Shown here one piece after another: positions 11,300 to 24,069 of a stretch of 64,000 nucleotides of DNA. The notes under the pieces were generated by a model. The model did not search any database and was not told the origin of the DNA. It was given only the letters and a program-made list of their open reading frames with translations. The position numbers and the translations under genes are program-made. The first letter of the stretch is position 1. Each line of letters begins with the position of its first letter. Origin of the DNA: Scyliorhinus canicula (taxonomy: Eukaryota); the NCBI RefSeq assembly GCF_902713615.1, contig NC_052158.1, forward strand, positions 45,719,159 to 45,783,158. The letters run 5' to 3'.

Positions 11300-12132
11300 A
11301 GAGCAACAAGCTTTTTCCAAGAGTGGGGGTGTCAATTACAAGGGGTCCCGATTCGGCACTGGAGGAGTTCTGGAAGGGGGTGGCGAGGACGGTGTCAAGG
11401 GTGGTGGGATCCAGGGTCAAGCCAGGATGGGGACTCGCGATCTTTGGGGTTGGGGTAGAGCCGGGAGTGCAGGAGGCGAAAGAGGCCGGTGTGCTGGCCT
11501 TTGCGTCCCTAGTAGCCCGGCGAAGGATTTTGATACAATGGAAGGACGCGAGGCCCCCAAGCGTGGAGACCTGAATCAATGACATGGCGGGTTTCATTAA
11601 GCTAGAGAAGGTCAAATTCGCCCTGAGAGGATCGGTGCAAGGGTTCTTTAAGCGGTGGCAACCGTTCCTCGACTTTCTGGCTCAACGATAGGGTACTGGG
11701 ACAGTAGCAGCAGCAACCGGGGGGGTGGGGGGGGGGGAAACGATGACTATGTTTGTTTATTTTATTTAAATTTGATTTATTTAATTTTAATTTATGGTTA
11801 AGTTTTCTTGTTGGGGGGGTAGGGGGAGTGTGATACATGTGATGTTACGGTTTGGGGGGATTTGTGGGTGTTATGGGGCAGTTAGTTGCATATTATTATT
11901 TGTTGTTATATTTTTATATTTTCTGTAAAAAATTCCAATAAAAATTATTTTTAAAAAAAACAAGGAGTCACGATTTCAAGGTGAGAGGGGGAAAGTTTAA
12001 GGGAGATGTGCGTGAAAAGTTTTTTACGCAGTGGGTGGTAGGTGCCTGGAACGCTTTGCCAGCGGAGGATCTGGATCCGCATGGCTGGGAGGACCGAAGG
12101 GCCTGTTCCTGTGCTGTAATTTTCTTTGTTCT
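11300..12132 (+). mobile_element. CR1/HER1 3' fragment split by an L1 3' fragment (11350-11958)
   Basis: CR1 end matches rc of 61790-62110; L1 piece has an A-tail and near-TSD acaaggggtc / acaaggagtc. Confidence 0.8.
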
Positions 12133-14206
12133 CAGGTTACAAAAATAACCTGGGGAAGGAGCAGAGCTGAAGAGGCTTCCATTCAAACTGGCCCTGACCA
12201 AATTCCGATACCTGGGGTTCCAAATAGCCCACGGCTGGACACGGATCCACAAACCAAACATGATGAGTCTGGTGGAGGAATTTAAAAAGGATCTGCAGAG
12301 GTGGGGCTCACTCCCACTCTCCCTGGCAAGTAGAGTGCAGAAGATCAAGATGAACGTACTGCCCAGTTTCCTCTTCCTGTTCAGGTCTACATCCCCAACG
12401 CCTTTTTCACCACAGTGGACAAAATAATCATGGCGTTTGTTTGGGGAGGGAAGATCCCGAAGATTAGAAAGCAGGTCCTACAAAAGGAGAAGAAATGCGA
12501 GAGTCCTGGCCCTCCCTGACCCCCAGTTTTACCACTGGGCGACCACCGCAGAAAAGGTACGGGGGTGGGTCCAAGAACCAAGAGCGGAGTGGGTCAGGAT
12601 TGAGGAGAGCTCCTGTACTGGGACATCCCTCCGAGCACTGGCCACAATCCCACTCCCATCATCCCACCCAAGTACTCTCAAAGCCCAGTGGTTATGGCCA
12701 CACTCCGGTCGTGGAACCAAATGAGACAGCACTTTGGATTAACCGAGATGTTCACTATGGCCCGCACCTGCAAAAATCACAGGTTCCCACCGCAACAATG
12801 GATGCCTCCTTCAAAAGGTGGAGACAGGATGTGGGGAACACTGACTGGGGACACGTACAGGGACGGTAGAGTAGTCACCCTAGGGTACTCACGGACAAGT
12901 TCCAACTCCCAAGAGGAAAGGACCGGAGGTATGTACAGATCAAAAACATCCTCCAAAACGAAACGATGATGTATCCCCAGACACCAGGATACTCATTACT
13001 AGAACTATTGAATGCGGGTCAACTAGGAGAGGGGAACTATGCAGACATCTTTGGATGACTATGAGGAGGTACGCTCCCCACTGGATGAGACAAGAACACA
13101 ATGGGAGGTAGAGCTAGGCAAGGAAACAGGAGGACGACTCTGGATCGAAGCACTGCGTAGGGAAAACCTCACCTCCACATGAGCAGGGCTGAACCTAATG
13201 AAGCTAAAGATGTGCATGAATGAATGGGTTCTTCCTGCAGGTGGAGGACAGGTGTGAATGGTGCCAGGGAGGCCCAACCAATCACACCATATCTGGTCCT
13301 GCCCCAGATTTGCCGGGTACTAGATGTCCTTCTTTGAGCCCATGTCCATGATTGTGAGGGTGAAGCCGTGCCAACTAGTGGTGATCTTCGGGGTATCAGA
13401 GCAGCCAGAGCTCTTCACGGGGGGGGGGCAACACTTGGCCTTTGCCTCCCTGATCACACGCCAGAGGCTCCCGCTCGGCTGGCGTTTAACAGCACCACTC
13501 AAGGCTGCAAACTGGCTGTCTGACCTGGAAAGATTTCTCAGGCTGGAGAAAATAAAGTACGCTATCAGAGGATAGCTTCTGCAAGATGTGGAAGTTGTTC
13601 ACCAACTTGGTCAAAGAACTGTTTGTAGGCAGTAACCAATAAAGGGGGGGGGGGGGGGGGGGGGATCCAGAACATCACAAAATGAGGAATAGAAAGGAAG
13701 GGGAGAAGAACACGGAGGGGGGATACACCTGAAAAAAACACAGGACAGGTGGAGAAGAGGAAAATTGCAAGAAACAACGTGCTGGTAAATTACTGCTTGA
13801 ACAAGAGTGGCTGTGAATTTTTATAAATACGTGTTTTGGTCTTGTCATGGAAAGTTTGCAACGAAATGTTGAAAATCGTAATTAAAATATTTCAAAAATA
13901 TATCAGGGCAATTGTTAATTCAATGGAAATTTTGAACAATTATTTGAAGAAAAAACTCTTGCTGGACGCAAAGGAAAATATTGCTTCAGGGTAGGTGATT
14001 GAAGAGTTCTAGTTTATCCTAGGAAATTAGATACACTGCACTCACTCAGACTGCACATCCCAAATTCAGCTCTCACACACAGCACTGGGCAAAACTATCA
14101 AATCCAAGCTCAGGCTTCACAGAGGCCTTCAGGTAAACCCTTTAAAGACATTTTTAAGACATTTGAATAAATGTGTCTCTGCACCTCCCAGATAATTACA
14201 CCTCAC

Positions 14207-14245
14207 CTTCTCATATTCAACACTGACCCATCAACAAAACTCAGC
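14207..14245 (-). other. Putative 39-nt 5' UTR exon of ZNF-A
   Basis: cccttctgatttacAG|GCTGAG...GAGAAG|GTGAGG; same length and sites in paralog 24946-24984. Confidence 0.55.
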
Positions 14246-14467
14246 CTGTAAATCAGAAGGGAAATGCTTCCAATAAACACCCTCACCATCCAACACACAG
14301 CCAATCAAACAGCTCAGCACAAAGCACCGAGTAAACAGGTCTGTGAGCTGGATCTTGTCACACAGCATAAGGGGCATTTCCACAGCTGATTGCCCACAGG
14401 ATAGTCAGACTGCCTGAACATTAGTGTGGATATTGTGCAATGTAATGATTGTAAATTGTGCTCCTTC

Positions 14468-14600
14468 ACTCACCATCTCCTGACTTGGTTTTGAGTCCCT
14501 ACAGGAAGTGAAGCAGCTGTGGTAGAGGAAGAGGAGAGAATGGGCAGAGTGGGTGGGCTCTCTGATTGACGTCTCTCACAGACAATCCAAATATTTCTGC
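14468..14600 (-). promoter_or_regulatory. Putative promoter / short upstream exon of ZNF-A
   Basis: On - strand gacgtcaatcag (CRE/CCAAT-like), cccaccc, cacttcctgt (ETS), then ATG|GTGAGT donor at 14474/14473; near-identical to 54280-54398. Confidence 0.45.
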
Positions 14601-14917
14601 AGTAACAGGAGTTTCCTGAAGTTTGGGAAACTGACCGGGGAAAGGGAGGCGACTTTGAGCAGCAGCTCAGGTGGGGATTTAAACTTGTCATTGTCCCATC
14701 TGAATAAAACCTCACATATTGCAGCTGCTGTCTCAGTTCCCCTGGTAAACGTTGACAGAGATTTCTAGTGTGGGAATTGCGTTCTTCATCCTCGGAGGCT
14801 TCCAAACTGACAGCATCAGTGAGGGATGTGTAGTCTTGGATGTGTTTGACAGCAGATCAGAGGAGGAAGACCCACAGCATCGAAGGCAGCGATGACGTGT
14901 TGTGGGACCAGCACATG

Positions 14918-15599
14918 GCGCGGGATTTTTCGACCCCATGCTGGGTCAGAGAATCGCCGGGGGGCAGCGTGAATCCCGCCCCCGCCAGCTGCCGAATTCT
15001 CCGGCGCCAGAGATTTGGCGGGGGCGGGAATCGCTCGCAGCGCCCTCCCCCGGCGATTCTCCGACCCGCGATGGGCCAAAGTCCCGCTCTTTCTATGCAG
15101 GTTCCACCGGCGTAAATTGGACTAGGTCCCTTACCGGCAGGACCTGGCGGCGTGAGCGGGCTCCGGGGTCCTGGGAAGGGGGGGGGGGCGATCTGGCCCC
15201 TGGGGGTGCCCCCATGGTGGCCTGGCCCGTGATTGGGGCTCATCGATACGCGGGCGGGCCTGTACCGTGGGGGTACTCTATTCCTACGCGCCGGCCGTGT
15301 AAGTCTCTGCAATGGCCGGCGCAAAGGTGAACCCCCCCCCCCCTGTGCATGTGCGAGGATGACGTCAGCAGCCACTGACACTCCTGTACATGTGCGGACC
15401 CGCACCAGCCGGCAGAGTCCCTTCGGACCCAGCTGACACGGCTCCCAAAGCCTTCCACGCTGACCGGCGGGGCGCAAACCACTCTGGCGCCGGCCTAGCT
15501 CCTGAAGGTGCGGAGAATTGGCGGCCCGATGCCAGAGTTGTTCACTCCACACCGTCCCGCCGGGCCTCCCACCCCGCCGGGTACGGGAGAATCCCGCCC
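14918..15599. mobile_element. GC-rich MITE (PIF/Harbinger-like non-autonomous element)
   Basis: TIRs GCGCGGGATT...AATCCCGCCC, 3-bp TSD ATG; empty site seen in the paralog near 3735. Confidence 0.75.
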
Positions 15600-15995
15600 A
15601 TGCACAGGAGAGAGGGACATAGAAGAAAAGAGGCTAGTGGAGGCTGGGACCCAGGAGTGACAGGGACAAAGGAGAGATGGGGACACGAGAAAGTGAACTT
15701 GGAGAGAGAAACAGCAGACTGTCCGAGTGTTTGGAGAGTGTCTCTCAGAGAGACATGGGTGTCAATAAACAACACCTCCTCCTTGCTGCGTGAAATGGTG
15801 ACATCAGCCAAGAAGGATCTTCTTTACTTATGAAAATATTGAAATAACAGGTCAGCATGGATTGAGAAACTGGCAGCAGCTATACACAGATGCCTTGTTG
15901 CTGATAAAACAGGTGCAAGCCAATGCCACCAATGATGTCACTCACGCATGCTCACAATTGCTAAAGACATCTATATATATATTGATGGAGAAAGT

Positions 15996-16155
15996 GGGCG
16001 GGTTTCTCCATCGGCCGTCGCTGAAATCGGGAAAAGCGATTGGGCGGAGAATCAGTTTTGACACAAAAATTGTGACCGACACCGAGTTCACACCAAATGG
16101 CAATTCTCCAGTGCCTCAACAGCGGTGTCAATGCTTTCCACTCCGCACATACGTT
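15996..16155. mobile_element. Truncated MITE of related type
   Basis: Begins gggcgggtttctcc, subterminal ggagaatc motifs. Confidence 0.5.
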
Positions 16156-16159
16156 GGTA

Positions 16160-17430
16160 TACTATTGGGAGTGGCGATTGTTGCTGACCGCCACTCCAAC
16201 AGAATTCTTCGCTGGGTAATTAGAGAGGTGAAGGCCACAACGTCCGCCTTTCTCCCCTCCAGCAGCTCCGATACCTCAAAAATCGCCACTGGCTCAATCT
16301 CCTCCCCCAATAATCCTTTTTTTTTAAATGTTTTTTAAATATAAAGTGCCGAATTCTTTTTTTTCCAACTAAGGGGCAATTCAGCGTGGCCAATCCACTT
16401 ACCTAGTACATCGTTTAGGTTGTGGGAGTTAGACCCACGCAGACACGTGACCGAGATTCTTCGACCCCACGCTGGGTCAGAGAATCCCGGGGGTGGTAGG
16501 GCGCGAGAATTATGCTACGCCTCCCCGACGATTCTCCACCGCCAATTTTCGGGCGTCCGCGGGATTGCCGCCGCGCGGTCGGGGGCCGTTGAAAGCAGCC
16601 CTTCCGGCGATTCTCCGGGCCTCGACGGGCTGAGCGCCCGCTGGCGTGGGTTACGTGTGGTCCCACACGGCGGGACGTCTGAGTTCTGTCTGCGGGGGTC
16701 GTCCTGGTGGGGGGCTGCTGGGCCTCCACGGTGGCCTGGTCTATGATCGGGGCCTACCGATCGGCGGGTGGGCTATTTCCGTGGGGGCGTATGTTCCTCC
16801 GCGCCGGCCCCTGTAGAGCGCTGCCTTATTGCCCGGGGGCCAGCACGGAGACAGGAACCCACGTGCATGCACGAACTCGCACCGGCCACAGCACACATGC
16901 GCGGACTCACGCAGGCCACGCCGCGCCGGCTGGAGCAGCGGAGGCCACTCCGGTGCCGATCTAGCCCCCTAGGAAGGGGTGAATGCCTGACAATCGAGGA
17001 CCGTTGACGCCGGAGTGGTTTGCGCCGCTTTGCACACTGGCGTCAGAACGTAGCCACAGGTTGGAGAATCCTGGCCAGGGAGAATGTGCAAACACCACAC
17101 GAACACGGAGCCGGGGCAGGGATCGAACCCGGGTCCTCGGCGCCGTGAGGCAGCAGTGCTAACCTTTACGCCGCAATGCCGCCCTCTCCCCCACTATCCT
17201 TGTTAGCGCCGGGGACACTCCCGCCCAAAATCTTCCCAACTTTTTGCAGCCCAGAACATTCGAGTGTGATTCGCTGGTCTGCGTCCACACTTCTCACATT
17301 CATCTGCCACCCCCTGGAAGAACCCACTCATTCTTGCCCACATCATATGTACCCTGTGCAGCATCTTGAACTTATCAGGCTCATCCTTGCCTATCCATCC
17401 CCACTTGACCTGGAGTCGCAACGTGATTGA
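16160..17430 (-). mobile_element. L1 3' ORF2 fragment interrupted by a SINE (16320-16447, 17077-17183), itself interrupted by a MITE
   Basis: ADVVAFTSLITQRRILLEWRS and CEKCGRRPANHTRMFW peptides either side of the SINE halves. Confidence 0.75.
16448..17076. mobile_element. GC-rich MITE related to 14918-15599
   Basis: Same left end (ttcgacccca.gctgggtcagagaatc), right end ggagaatcctggcc; splits the SINE at agacacg|gggagaatgtgc. Confidence 0.75.
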
Positions 17431-17697
17431 AATTAACAAATTAATTCTTGGAAAATACACAAAGTCTTTTGGTCTCTGGCTACCCAATAACTACAGTCAC
17501 TAGGTTTGTAAATTTAAATAATTAATTTTTATGAATAACAATAACTATAATTAAATATGGAGAAAATACAGCTGGTTTAACTATTATCTAATTCCAACCC
17601 CCCCCCACTTTAACTTGCCCCGCCTTCTACACACACACACAAGACGAACACAGAGGGGTGCAAAATAATGATGGAAGTAAAAGGATAACAGTCATTG

Positions 17698-18056
17698 TTT
17701 CAGATGGGCATAAACGATTTGGAGGAAAATGTAGCCGGTCTGATTTGCAAGTTTGCGGATGACACCAAAGTTGATGGAGTGGCAGATAGTGTTGAGGATT
17801 GTCAGAAGATACAGCAGGACATAGATAGTTTGGAGACTTGGACAGAGAAATGGCAAATGGAGTTTAATCCGGACAAATGTGAGATAATGCATTTTGATCG
17901 GTCTAACATGGAGGGGAAATATACCGTAAATGGCAAAACTCATCGGAATATAGAAAGTCAGAGAGATCTGGGCGTGCATGTTCACAGACCTTTGAAGGTG
18001 GCAACACAAGTGGAGAAGGTAGTCAAGAAAGCACACGGAATGCTTGCCTTCATTGG
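17698..18056 (+). mobile_element. CR1 RT fragment inside an LTR-like AT-rich repeat (~17430-18320)
   Basis: INDLEE...KFADDTK...WQMEFNPDKCE; flanking LTR call is tentative. Confidence 0.8.
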
Positions 18057-18344
18057 ACCCAATCACCACCTGTCGCTGGGCAGAATACAGCCTTTTGCCA
18101 ATTCATTGGCCACCAGCCAACCAATCAAACTGGATCCCTCTGAACCCCCGGGTGCCAGTCTGTGTTCTTCTGTTCAACAGTGTACTATTTTGCATCTTTT
18201 GAGTTCCTCACTTTCTCTGCTCGACTCAAAAGGTATATGCCTATTAAATATCCATGGACCAAAAACACCGATGACAAAGTAAAAGAAATTGGAATTAAGG
18301 GAATCAACAGGAAGGGCCCTTACTGCACTGAAATATTTTAAGTT

Positions 18345-18480
18345 GTCAGCTGTAGCTTAGTTAGCACTCTCTTCTCTGAGTCAGGAGGTTGTGCATTCAA
18401 GTCTCCTTCCAGATACTTACGTACTGAAGCTGACACATTGCTGTTTGTGGGAGCAGATGATATATGAATGCAAGTCTTTC
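18345..18480 (+). mobile_element. Ancient Deu-type SINE remnant
   Basis: tagcactctc..ctctgagtcag..ggttgtg..ttcaagtc head and cacattgctgtttgtgggagc motif (recalled). Confidence 0.45.
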
Positions 18481-18481
18481 T

Positions 18482-18702
18482 TTTTTTAAATAAATTTGAA
18501 TACCAAATTATTTTATTTTACAATTAAGGGCAATTTAGCCTGGCCAATTCACCTACCCTACAAATCTTTTTCGATTGTGGGGGTGAGACCCACGCAGACA
18601 TGGAGAGAATGTGCAAACTCCACATGGACAGTGACCCTGGACTGGGATCAAACCTGGGTCCTTGGCGACGCGAGGCAGCAGTGCTAACCACTATTCTGCC
18701 CT
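18482..18702 (-). mobile_element. SINE (short HE1-related)
   Basis: tRNA-like head, core, A/T tail. Confidence 0.85.
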
Positions 18703-18811
18703 TCAAGTCTTTCTCTCTTCAGGAAATGTTTTGCTTCCTGTGAACTAGAAATTCTAAACCTACTGATGGAGAAAGTATACCAGCCCAGTGAAATTGACCA
18801 ATATATTGAAC

Positions 18812-18990
18812 CGGGCTGGTTTAGCTCACTGGGCTAAATCACTGGTTTTTAAAGCAGACCAAGCAGGCCAGCAGCACGGTTCGATTCCCGTACCAGCCTC
18901 CCCGGACAGGCGCCGGAATGTGGCGACTAGGGGCTTTTCACAGTAACTTCATTGAAGCCTACTCGTGACAATAAGCGATTTTCATTTCAT
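18812..18990 (+). mobile_element. Short tRNA-derived SINE
   Basis: A/B-box head (tagctcactgg...ggttcgattcc), (TTTCA)n tail, flanking atattg repeat; absent from paralog at ~2845. Confidence 0.85.
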
Positions 18991-19454
18991 ATATTGTGTA
19001 CAGGACTCTTACTGTAAGCTCCTGAGTGTTTAGTGAACAAGAGCACACCATGCTGACAAATCAGGTAGCCACGTCAAACAGGGGAATTTACTGAGAGTTA
19101 TAAATCTGTACAGAAGACTGATAAAGCAGCAGACAAACAAGAAGACAATATTCAGCTCACACCAAACATTGAACCAACAAAACTAGCAAAATATTTGGAA
19201 ATCACTCAAGATCTTTCCCAGAACATGAAATGAATCTTGGAAGCGTGCAAGTGAACATAATGCACCGTTATTTCATTGAGGTACGATGAGCAGAGGGAAC
19301 TGAGGTCTGTGGAGACATAACCTCCACTCCCTCACCATACTCAGGACATTAGTCGTCCCACTGCTCTGCCCTGCAAGTCTTTCTTCCCAGACAGGGGAGG
19401 ACAAACATTACCCATGGTATTAGTCAAACACGCAATACCTGAAGAGAATAAGTA

Positions 19455-20285
19455 TAAAGCAGCAGTCCCCGAGTGTATCTCCCTCTCCAACCAGTATTCA
19501 GTTCTGAACACTGATGAAAGTGATTGTTGATTTGGGGAGTGCAGCCAGAGCAAAGTCCATGGCCCCACAGCTGGTTCAGCTGTACAGAGGACACAAAGAA
19601 GACTGGAAGAGTAATAGTGATTGGAGGAGATTCAATAGCTTGGGGAACAGACAAGCGTTGCTGGGGCTGCAGATGTGAATCCAGGATTCTTTGTTGCCTC
19701 CCTGATGCCAGGGTCAAGGATGTTGTTAAATGGCTGCAGAGCACCCTGAAGGTGTGCAGGGGTACTGCAGGGGTGTGCATCGGGGAAGGGGGGTTTTGTT
19801 AAATCACCAGGCATCATCATGCTTCATTTCTGTACAAATGACAGTGGAAAAATGTAGGATATAGGTCTGCAGTTAGGATTTACAGAGCTAGGTGGGAAAT
19901 CAACAAGCGGGACTTCAGATTTTCACACATAAAAATAGTAAAGGGGTGATAAAAAGAGGAGCAGAATGGATTAGAGACCAAAAGGGTAATCTGCCTGGAG
20001 ACAAGTGACATAGCTGAGATATTAAATCAATACTTTGTATTTGTCTTCACCCAGGAAGATGACGCAGTTTAGGTCATGGAGAAAGTGGAGTTTGTTCTGA
20101 CACTTGAAACACTGGTTTACAGTTTATAGATGATAAGGCACTGGAGCCGGATGAGATACATCCACGAATACTCGGAAGCTAGAGTGTAAATTGCAGAGAC
20201 GCGATCATAGTTTTTCAGTCTTCCTTAGACTCAGGGCGCTGTCAGAGGATTCGAGAATCGACAGTGTCATATCCTTGTCCAAGGA
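19455..20285 (+). mobile_element. Old CR1 fragments (ORF1 esterase and ORF2)
   Basis: RVIVIGGDSIAWGTDKRCWG..ESRILCCLPDARVKDV; decayed ORF2 downstream. Confidence 0.75.
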
Positions 20286-20664
20286 GCTTTCCTTGTTTCG
20301 TAGAACCTTACAACACAGGAGACCATTCAGCCCACCACATCCCCACTGCCTCGAGTTATTGAATTAGTCCTTGCTCTTTCCCCATAGCTCTGCAAATATT
20401 TGCCTTTTTGTGTAAGTATCCAGTTCCATTTTGAGAGTTCCTATTAAGTCATATTCCATAACACTTTCAGGCACTTAATTCCAGGTGAGAAGAAATTCCT
20501 GCATAGAAACAAAAATCAAAATTTCTCGGAGTATTTTGTCAATTAGTTTAGACCCGTAATCTCTGGTTACAGACCCTCTTGACAAGGGAAACAGTTCCTC
20601 CCTGTCTACTGTGCCAAATTTTAAAATAATCTGTTGAATTTCCCTTTAAACTATTTTCACAGAT

Positions 20665-20984
20665 ACATATATCATACAGTGCAGAAGGAGGCCATTCGGC
20701 CCATCGAGTCTGCACTGACCCACTTAAGCCCTCATTTCCACCCTATCCCCGTAACCCAATAACCCCTCCTACCCTTTTTGGACACTAAAGGCAATTTATC
20801 ATGGCCGATCCACCTAACCTGCACGTCTTTGGACTGTGGGAGGAAACCGGAGCACCCGGAGTAAACCCATGCACACACGGGGGGAACGTTCAGACTCCAC
20901 ACAGAGTGACCCAGTGGGGAATCGAACCTGGGATCCTAGCGCTGTGAAGTCACAGTGCTAGATACTTGTGCTACCGCACTGCCC
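20665..20984 (-). mobile_element. HE1-like SINE within an old CR1 3' region (~20300-21410, -)
   Basis: Full head, core and tail. Confidence 0.85.
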
Positions 20985-22077
20985 TTCTCTCAGGAGAACA
21001 ATCGGAGTTTCTCTAATCTCACCAGTTAATTGGAGCCGTGAAATCTCTGATAACATTGTAACTCTCCTTTGCACCCTCTCCAAACCTTGATGTCTTTTTG
21101 AAAGTGTGTTGCCCAGAATAAACAAACTGAGTGATTTCTAAAGGTTTAGCATGGTGTCCTTGCTCCTGTACTTTGGACCTCCATATATAAAGCCAATAAT
21201 GTTTTTAACAGCCTTTTCAGCTTGTCCCACAAACTTAAAGTAATTCGCCAGTGGCCTCCTTGGTCTCTCTGTTCCTTTAAATTTAATTTGTACTGTCTCT
21301 ATTCATTCCTCCTTCCAAAAAGCATCACTTCACTTTTCCCACATTGCATTTCACCTGCCGTGTATCTGTCCACTTCACCAGTCTGTCTGACTGAAGTCTT
21401 GTTCCATGTATTGCAAGCTCGGGTGGGAAAATTAGCCAGGATTCCCATCCCACCCAGATTCTTCTGTTAAAAAGTGCGCTGTCAGATGAGGGCGAGATTG
21501 AGTTTGGCTCTGACTCAACTGGCAGGTAATCCGGTGACACTCATTGTCTGAGTCTTCATATCAGCAATGTCCATTTGGTGAGGCAAAGAGTCTTGGGAGA
21601 TATTGGAATTTCACCCCTGCAAGTGCCTGTGCCTTCAAGACAGATTACTGAAGAGGAGGAAACATATTTTTAAACAATGATTGTGTTATTAATTCACGTT
21701 TTGTGATGTGATATCAGCCTTTAAAGATATCTCAAACCAAGCCACACTTTACAGAAGAGGCCAATTCATCACAAGAAATAGTGACAGGAATATGTGTCCA
21801 TCACCACATTCCCAACAGGTTCCTCAATTTACAAACAGAAAGTATTACAGTAAGCTGTAAATGGAAATGCCTCCTTCCCACAAAGCACCTCCCAGGCCAA
21901 CAATAATAGTAAGACATGGTGATACCTGCATGCCTCAAGTGCCACACAACACGTCAGGAAGATAAATCTTAGATCACACTTGAAGAATCACTCCCGTTTG
22001 GATCCTCTGATGGATTAAGAGATCCAATGAGTTTGACAAAGCTTTGTCACGTATTGAACACCTAAATGGGTCCCAAA

Positions 22078-22372
22078 GAATCCCTACAGTGCAGAAGGAG
22101 ACCATTCAGCCCTTTGAGTCTCCACTGACCCTCTGAAAGACCCCACTATCCCCGTAATCCCACACATGAATCATGGATAATCCACCTAACTGCACATCTT
22201 TGGACGGTAAGGGGCAATTTAGCATGGCCAATCCACCTCACCTGAGCACCTTTGGACTTTGGGAGGAAATCGGAGCACCCGGAGGAAACCCACGCAACCA
22301 CAGGGAGAAAGTGCAACCTCCAAACAGGCAGTCACCCGAGGTCAGAATTGAACGCGGATCCCTGGTACTGCC
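22078..22372 (-). mobile_element. HE1-like SINE in the relic-finger 3' tail of ZNF-B
   Basis: gaatccctacagtgcagaagg tail and core. Confidence 0.8.
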
Positions 22373-22628
22373 AATGCACTGGTGATACATCAGGCTCTAT
22401 GATTGTGCAAAGTCCTTGTTAAACGCCTGACACTTGTATAGCTGCTGTCTATTGTGAATGTGTCGGTGTTTCACAAATGTCATTCACAGTGTGAAAGCTC
22501 AGTCACGTTGCTCATAGTTCACACCTGTGTAAATTGTCAGGTGTATCGTGAAGCACATTGATCTTGTGAAGCATTTGTCACACTCCTCACACTTTGACAT
22601 GGTTTCCTCAGTGTGGATGTGACAGTGT

Positions 22629-23609
22629 TTAATTAGTATTTTTTACTGTGTCACACACGTCATGTTTGAATTGCTGCTTGTGTGTGTGAATGCGACGGTG
22701 ATTTAACAGGCCCGATAATTGTGTATACCCCTCGGTACACACCTCACACTTGAAAGGTTTCTCCCCAGTGTGGATTCGTTGGTGGACACGGAGGTTCGAT
22801 GAGTCCGAGAATGATTTGTCGCACACCTTGCACTTGAATGGTTTCTCCCCAGTGTGGATACGTTGATGTACACGGAGGTTTGATGAGTCGGAGAATGATT
22901 TGTTACATGCCTCACACTTGAACGGCTTCTCTCCAGTGTGAATACGCTGGTGTTGCAAAAGCATCGATGACCGTGTGAAGGCTCGGTCACACATCTCACA
23001 TTTGAATGGTTTCTCCCCTGTGTGAATCCACTGGTGTGTCAGCAGGTCGGAGGATTGGGTGAAAGCCTTCCCACAAACCTCACATCTGAAGGGTTTTTCC
23101 CCAGTGTGAAACCTCTGATGTATCAAGAGATTCGTAGATGTTGCAAACACTTTATCACAAATCTCACAGTTGAAGGGTTTTTCCCCTGTGTGGATTCTCT
23201 GATGGACCTGGAGACTCGATAATAGTCTGAATGATTTGTCACATACCGCACACCGGAAAGGTTTCTCCCCTGTGTGAATGCGTTGGTGTCCACGGAGATT
23301 TGTTAAATGTGAAAATGATTTATCACACACCTCGCAGGTAAATGGTTTCTCCCCAGTGTGGATGCGTTGGTGCGCACGAAGGTTCGATGACTGCGAGAAT
23401 GATTTCTCGCACACATCACACACAAATGGTTTCTCCCCTGTATGAATGCGTCGATGTGCATGGAGATTTGTTAAATGCGAGAATGATTTGTTACACACCT
23501 CGCACGTGAATGGTTTCTCTCCCGTGTGAATGCGATGGTGTTGCAAAAGTGTTGATGACTGTGTGAAGGCTAGATCACACACTTTACATTTAAATGGTTT
23601 GGTTGCCAT
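22629..23609 (-). CDS. C2H2 zinc finger protein ZNF-B (11 intact fingers)
   Basis: 326-aa ORF of tandem fingers with TGEKP linkers; acceptor ttttcctgttttccAG at 23936; decayed fingers continue to ~21980. Confidence 0.93.
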   Translation of the reverse strand: MATKPFKCKVCDLAFTQSSTLLQHHRIHTGEKPFTCEVCNKSFSHLTNLHAHRRIHTGEKPFVCDVCEKSFSQSSNLRAHQRIHTGEKPFTCEVCDKSFSHLTNLRGHQRIHTGEKPFRCAVCDKSFRLLSSLQVHQRIHTGEKPFNCEICDKVFATSTNLLIHQRFHTGEKPFRCEVCGKAFTQSSDLLTHQWIHTGEKPFKCEMCDRAFTRSSMLLQHQRIHTGEKPFKCEACNKSFSDSSNLRVHQRIHTGEKPFKCKVCDKSFSDSSNLRVHQRIHTGEKPFKCEVCTEGYTQLSGLLNHRRIHTHKQQFKHDVCDTVKNTN

Positions 23610-24069
23610 GTGGTAGTGTTTTGTGAGATCTTATAAGCCTGTGGAACCTACTCACACTTCTTCCCAGCCTCACTGTGACTGATCACCAACAGCCAAATCT
23701 TCAGAAAGGTTGGTTCTGATGGAAGGTTCCACACCACTGACCAGTTTCAGATCTGATGATATGACCCAACTGATTACCAGATGATGGTTTCACTGCCCAA
23801 CCTTCTCTGTGTTGAGCGATGTTGCAATGGGACTGGATGCCTTCCCACAGTTGTGCAGTTGTTCCTCGGGTGATAGTCAGGATCTATCTGTGGTGTCCAT
23901 CCTCTCTGTATTCTCTGGTGTAGTAAGGCGCAATCCTGGAAAACAGGAAAAGGAAACATGATTTCACATACTTTCTCTCCTTCTCCCTCAGTTGGAGACT
24001 GTTCCACAGTGAGTATCCACTGTGTGTATGGGGATCAGAAACAAGTCCTCCTTTCTTTTTCCACATTTC

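Larger units (their letters stand above)
8725..13900 (+). mobile_element. Fragmented L1/Tx1-clade LINE ORF2 in a ZNF-A intron, with nested insertions
   Basis: Peptides SIQSGKAPGADG, LEAEKAFDWVEW, LLFALAIGPLAIALR, HADDL, LRLEKIKYAIRG; A-rich 3' end near 13880-13900. Confidence 0.85.

Noticed and set aside
14840-17010. Many overlapping Pro/Arg/Gly-rich ORFs and CpG-island appearance
   Set aside because: By-product of GC-rich MITEs with few stop codons
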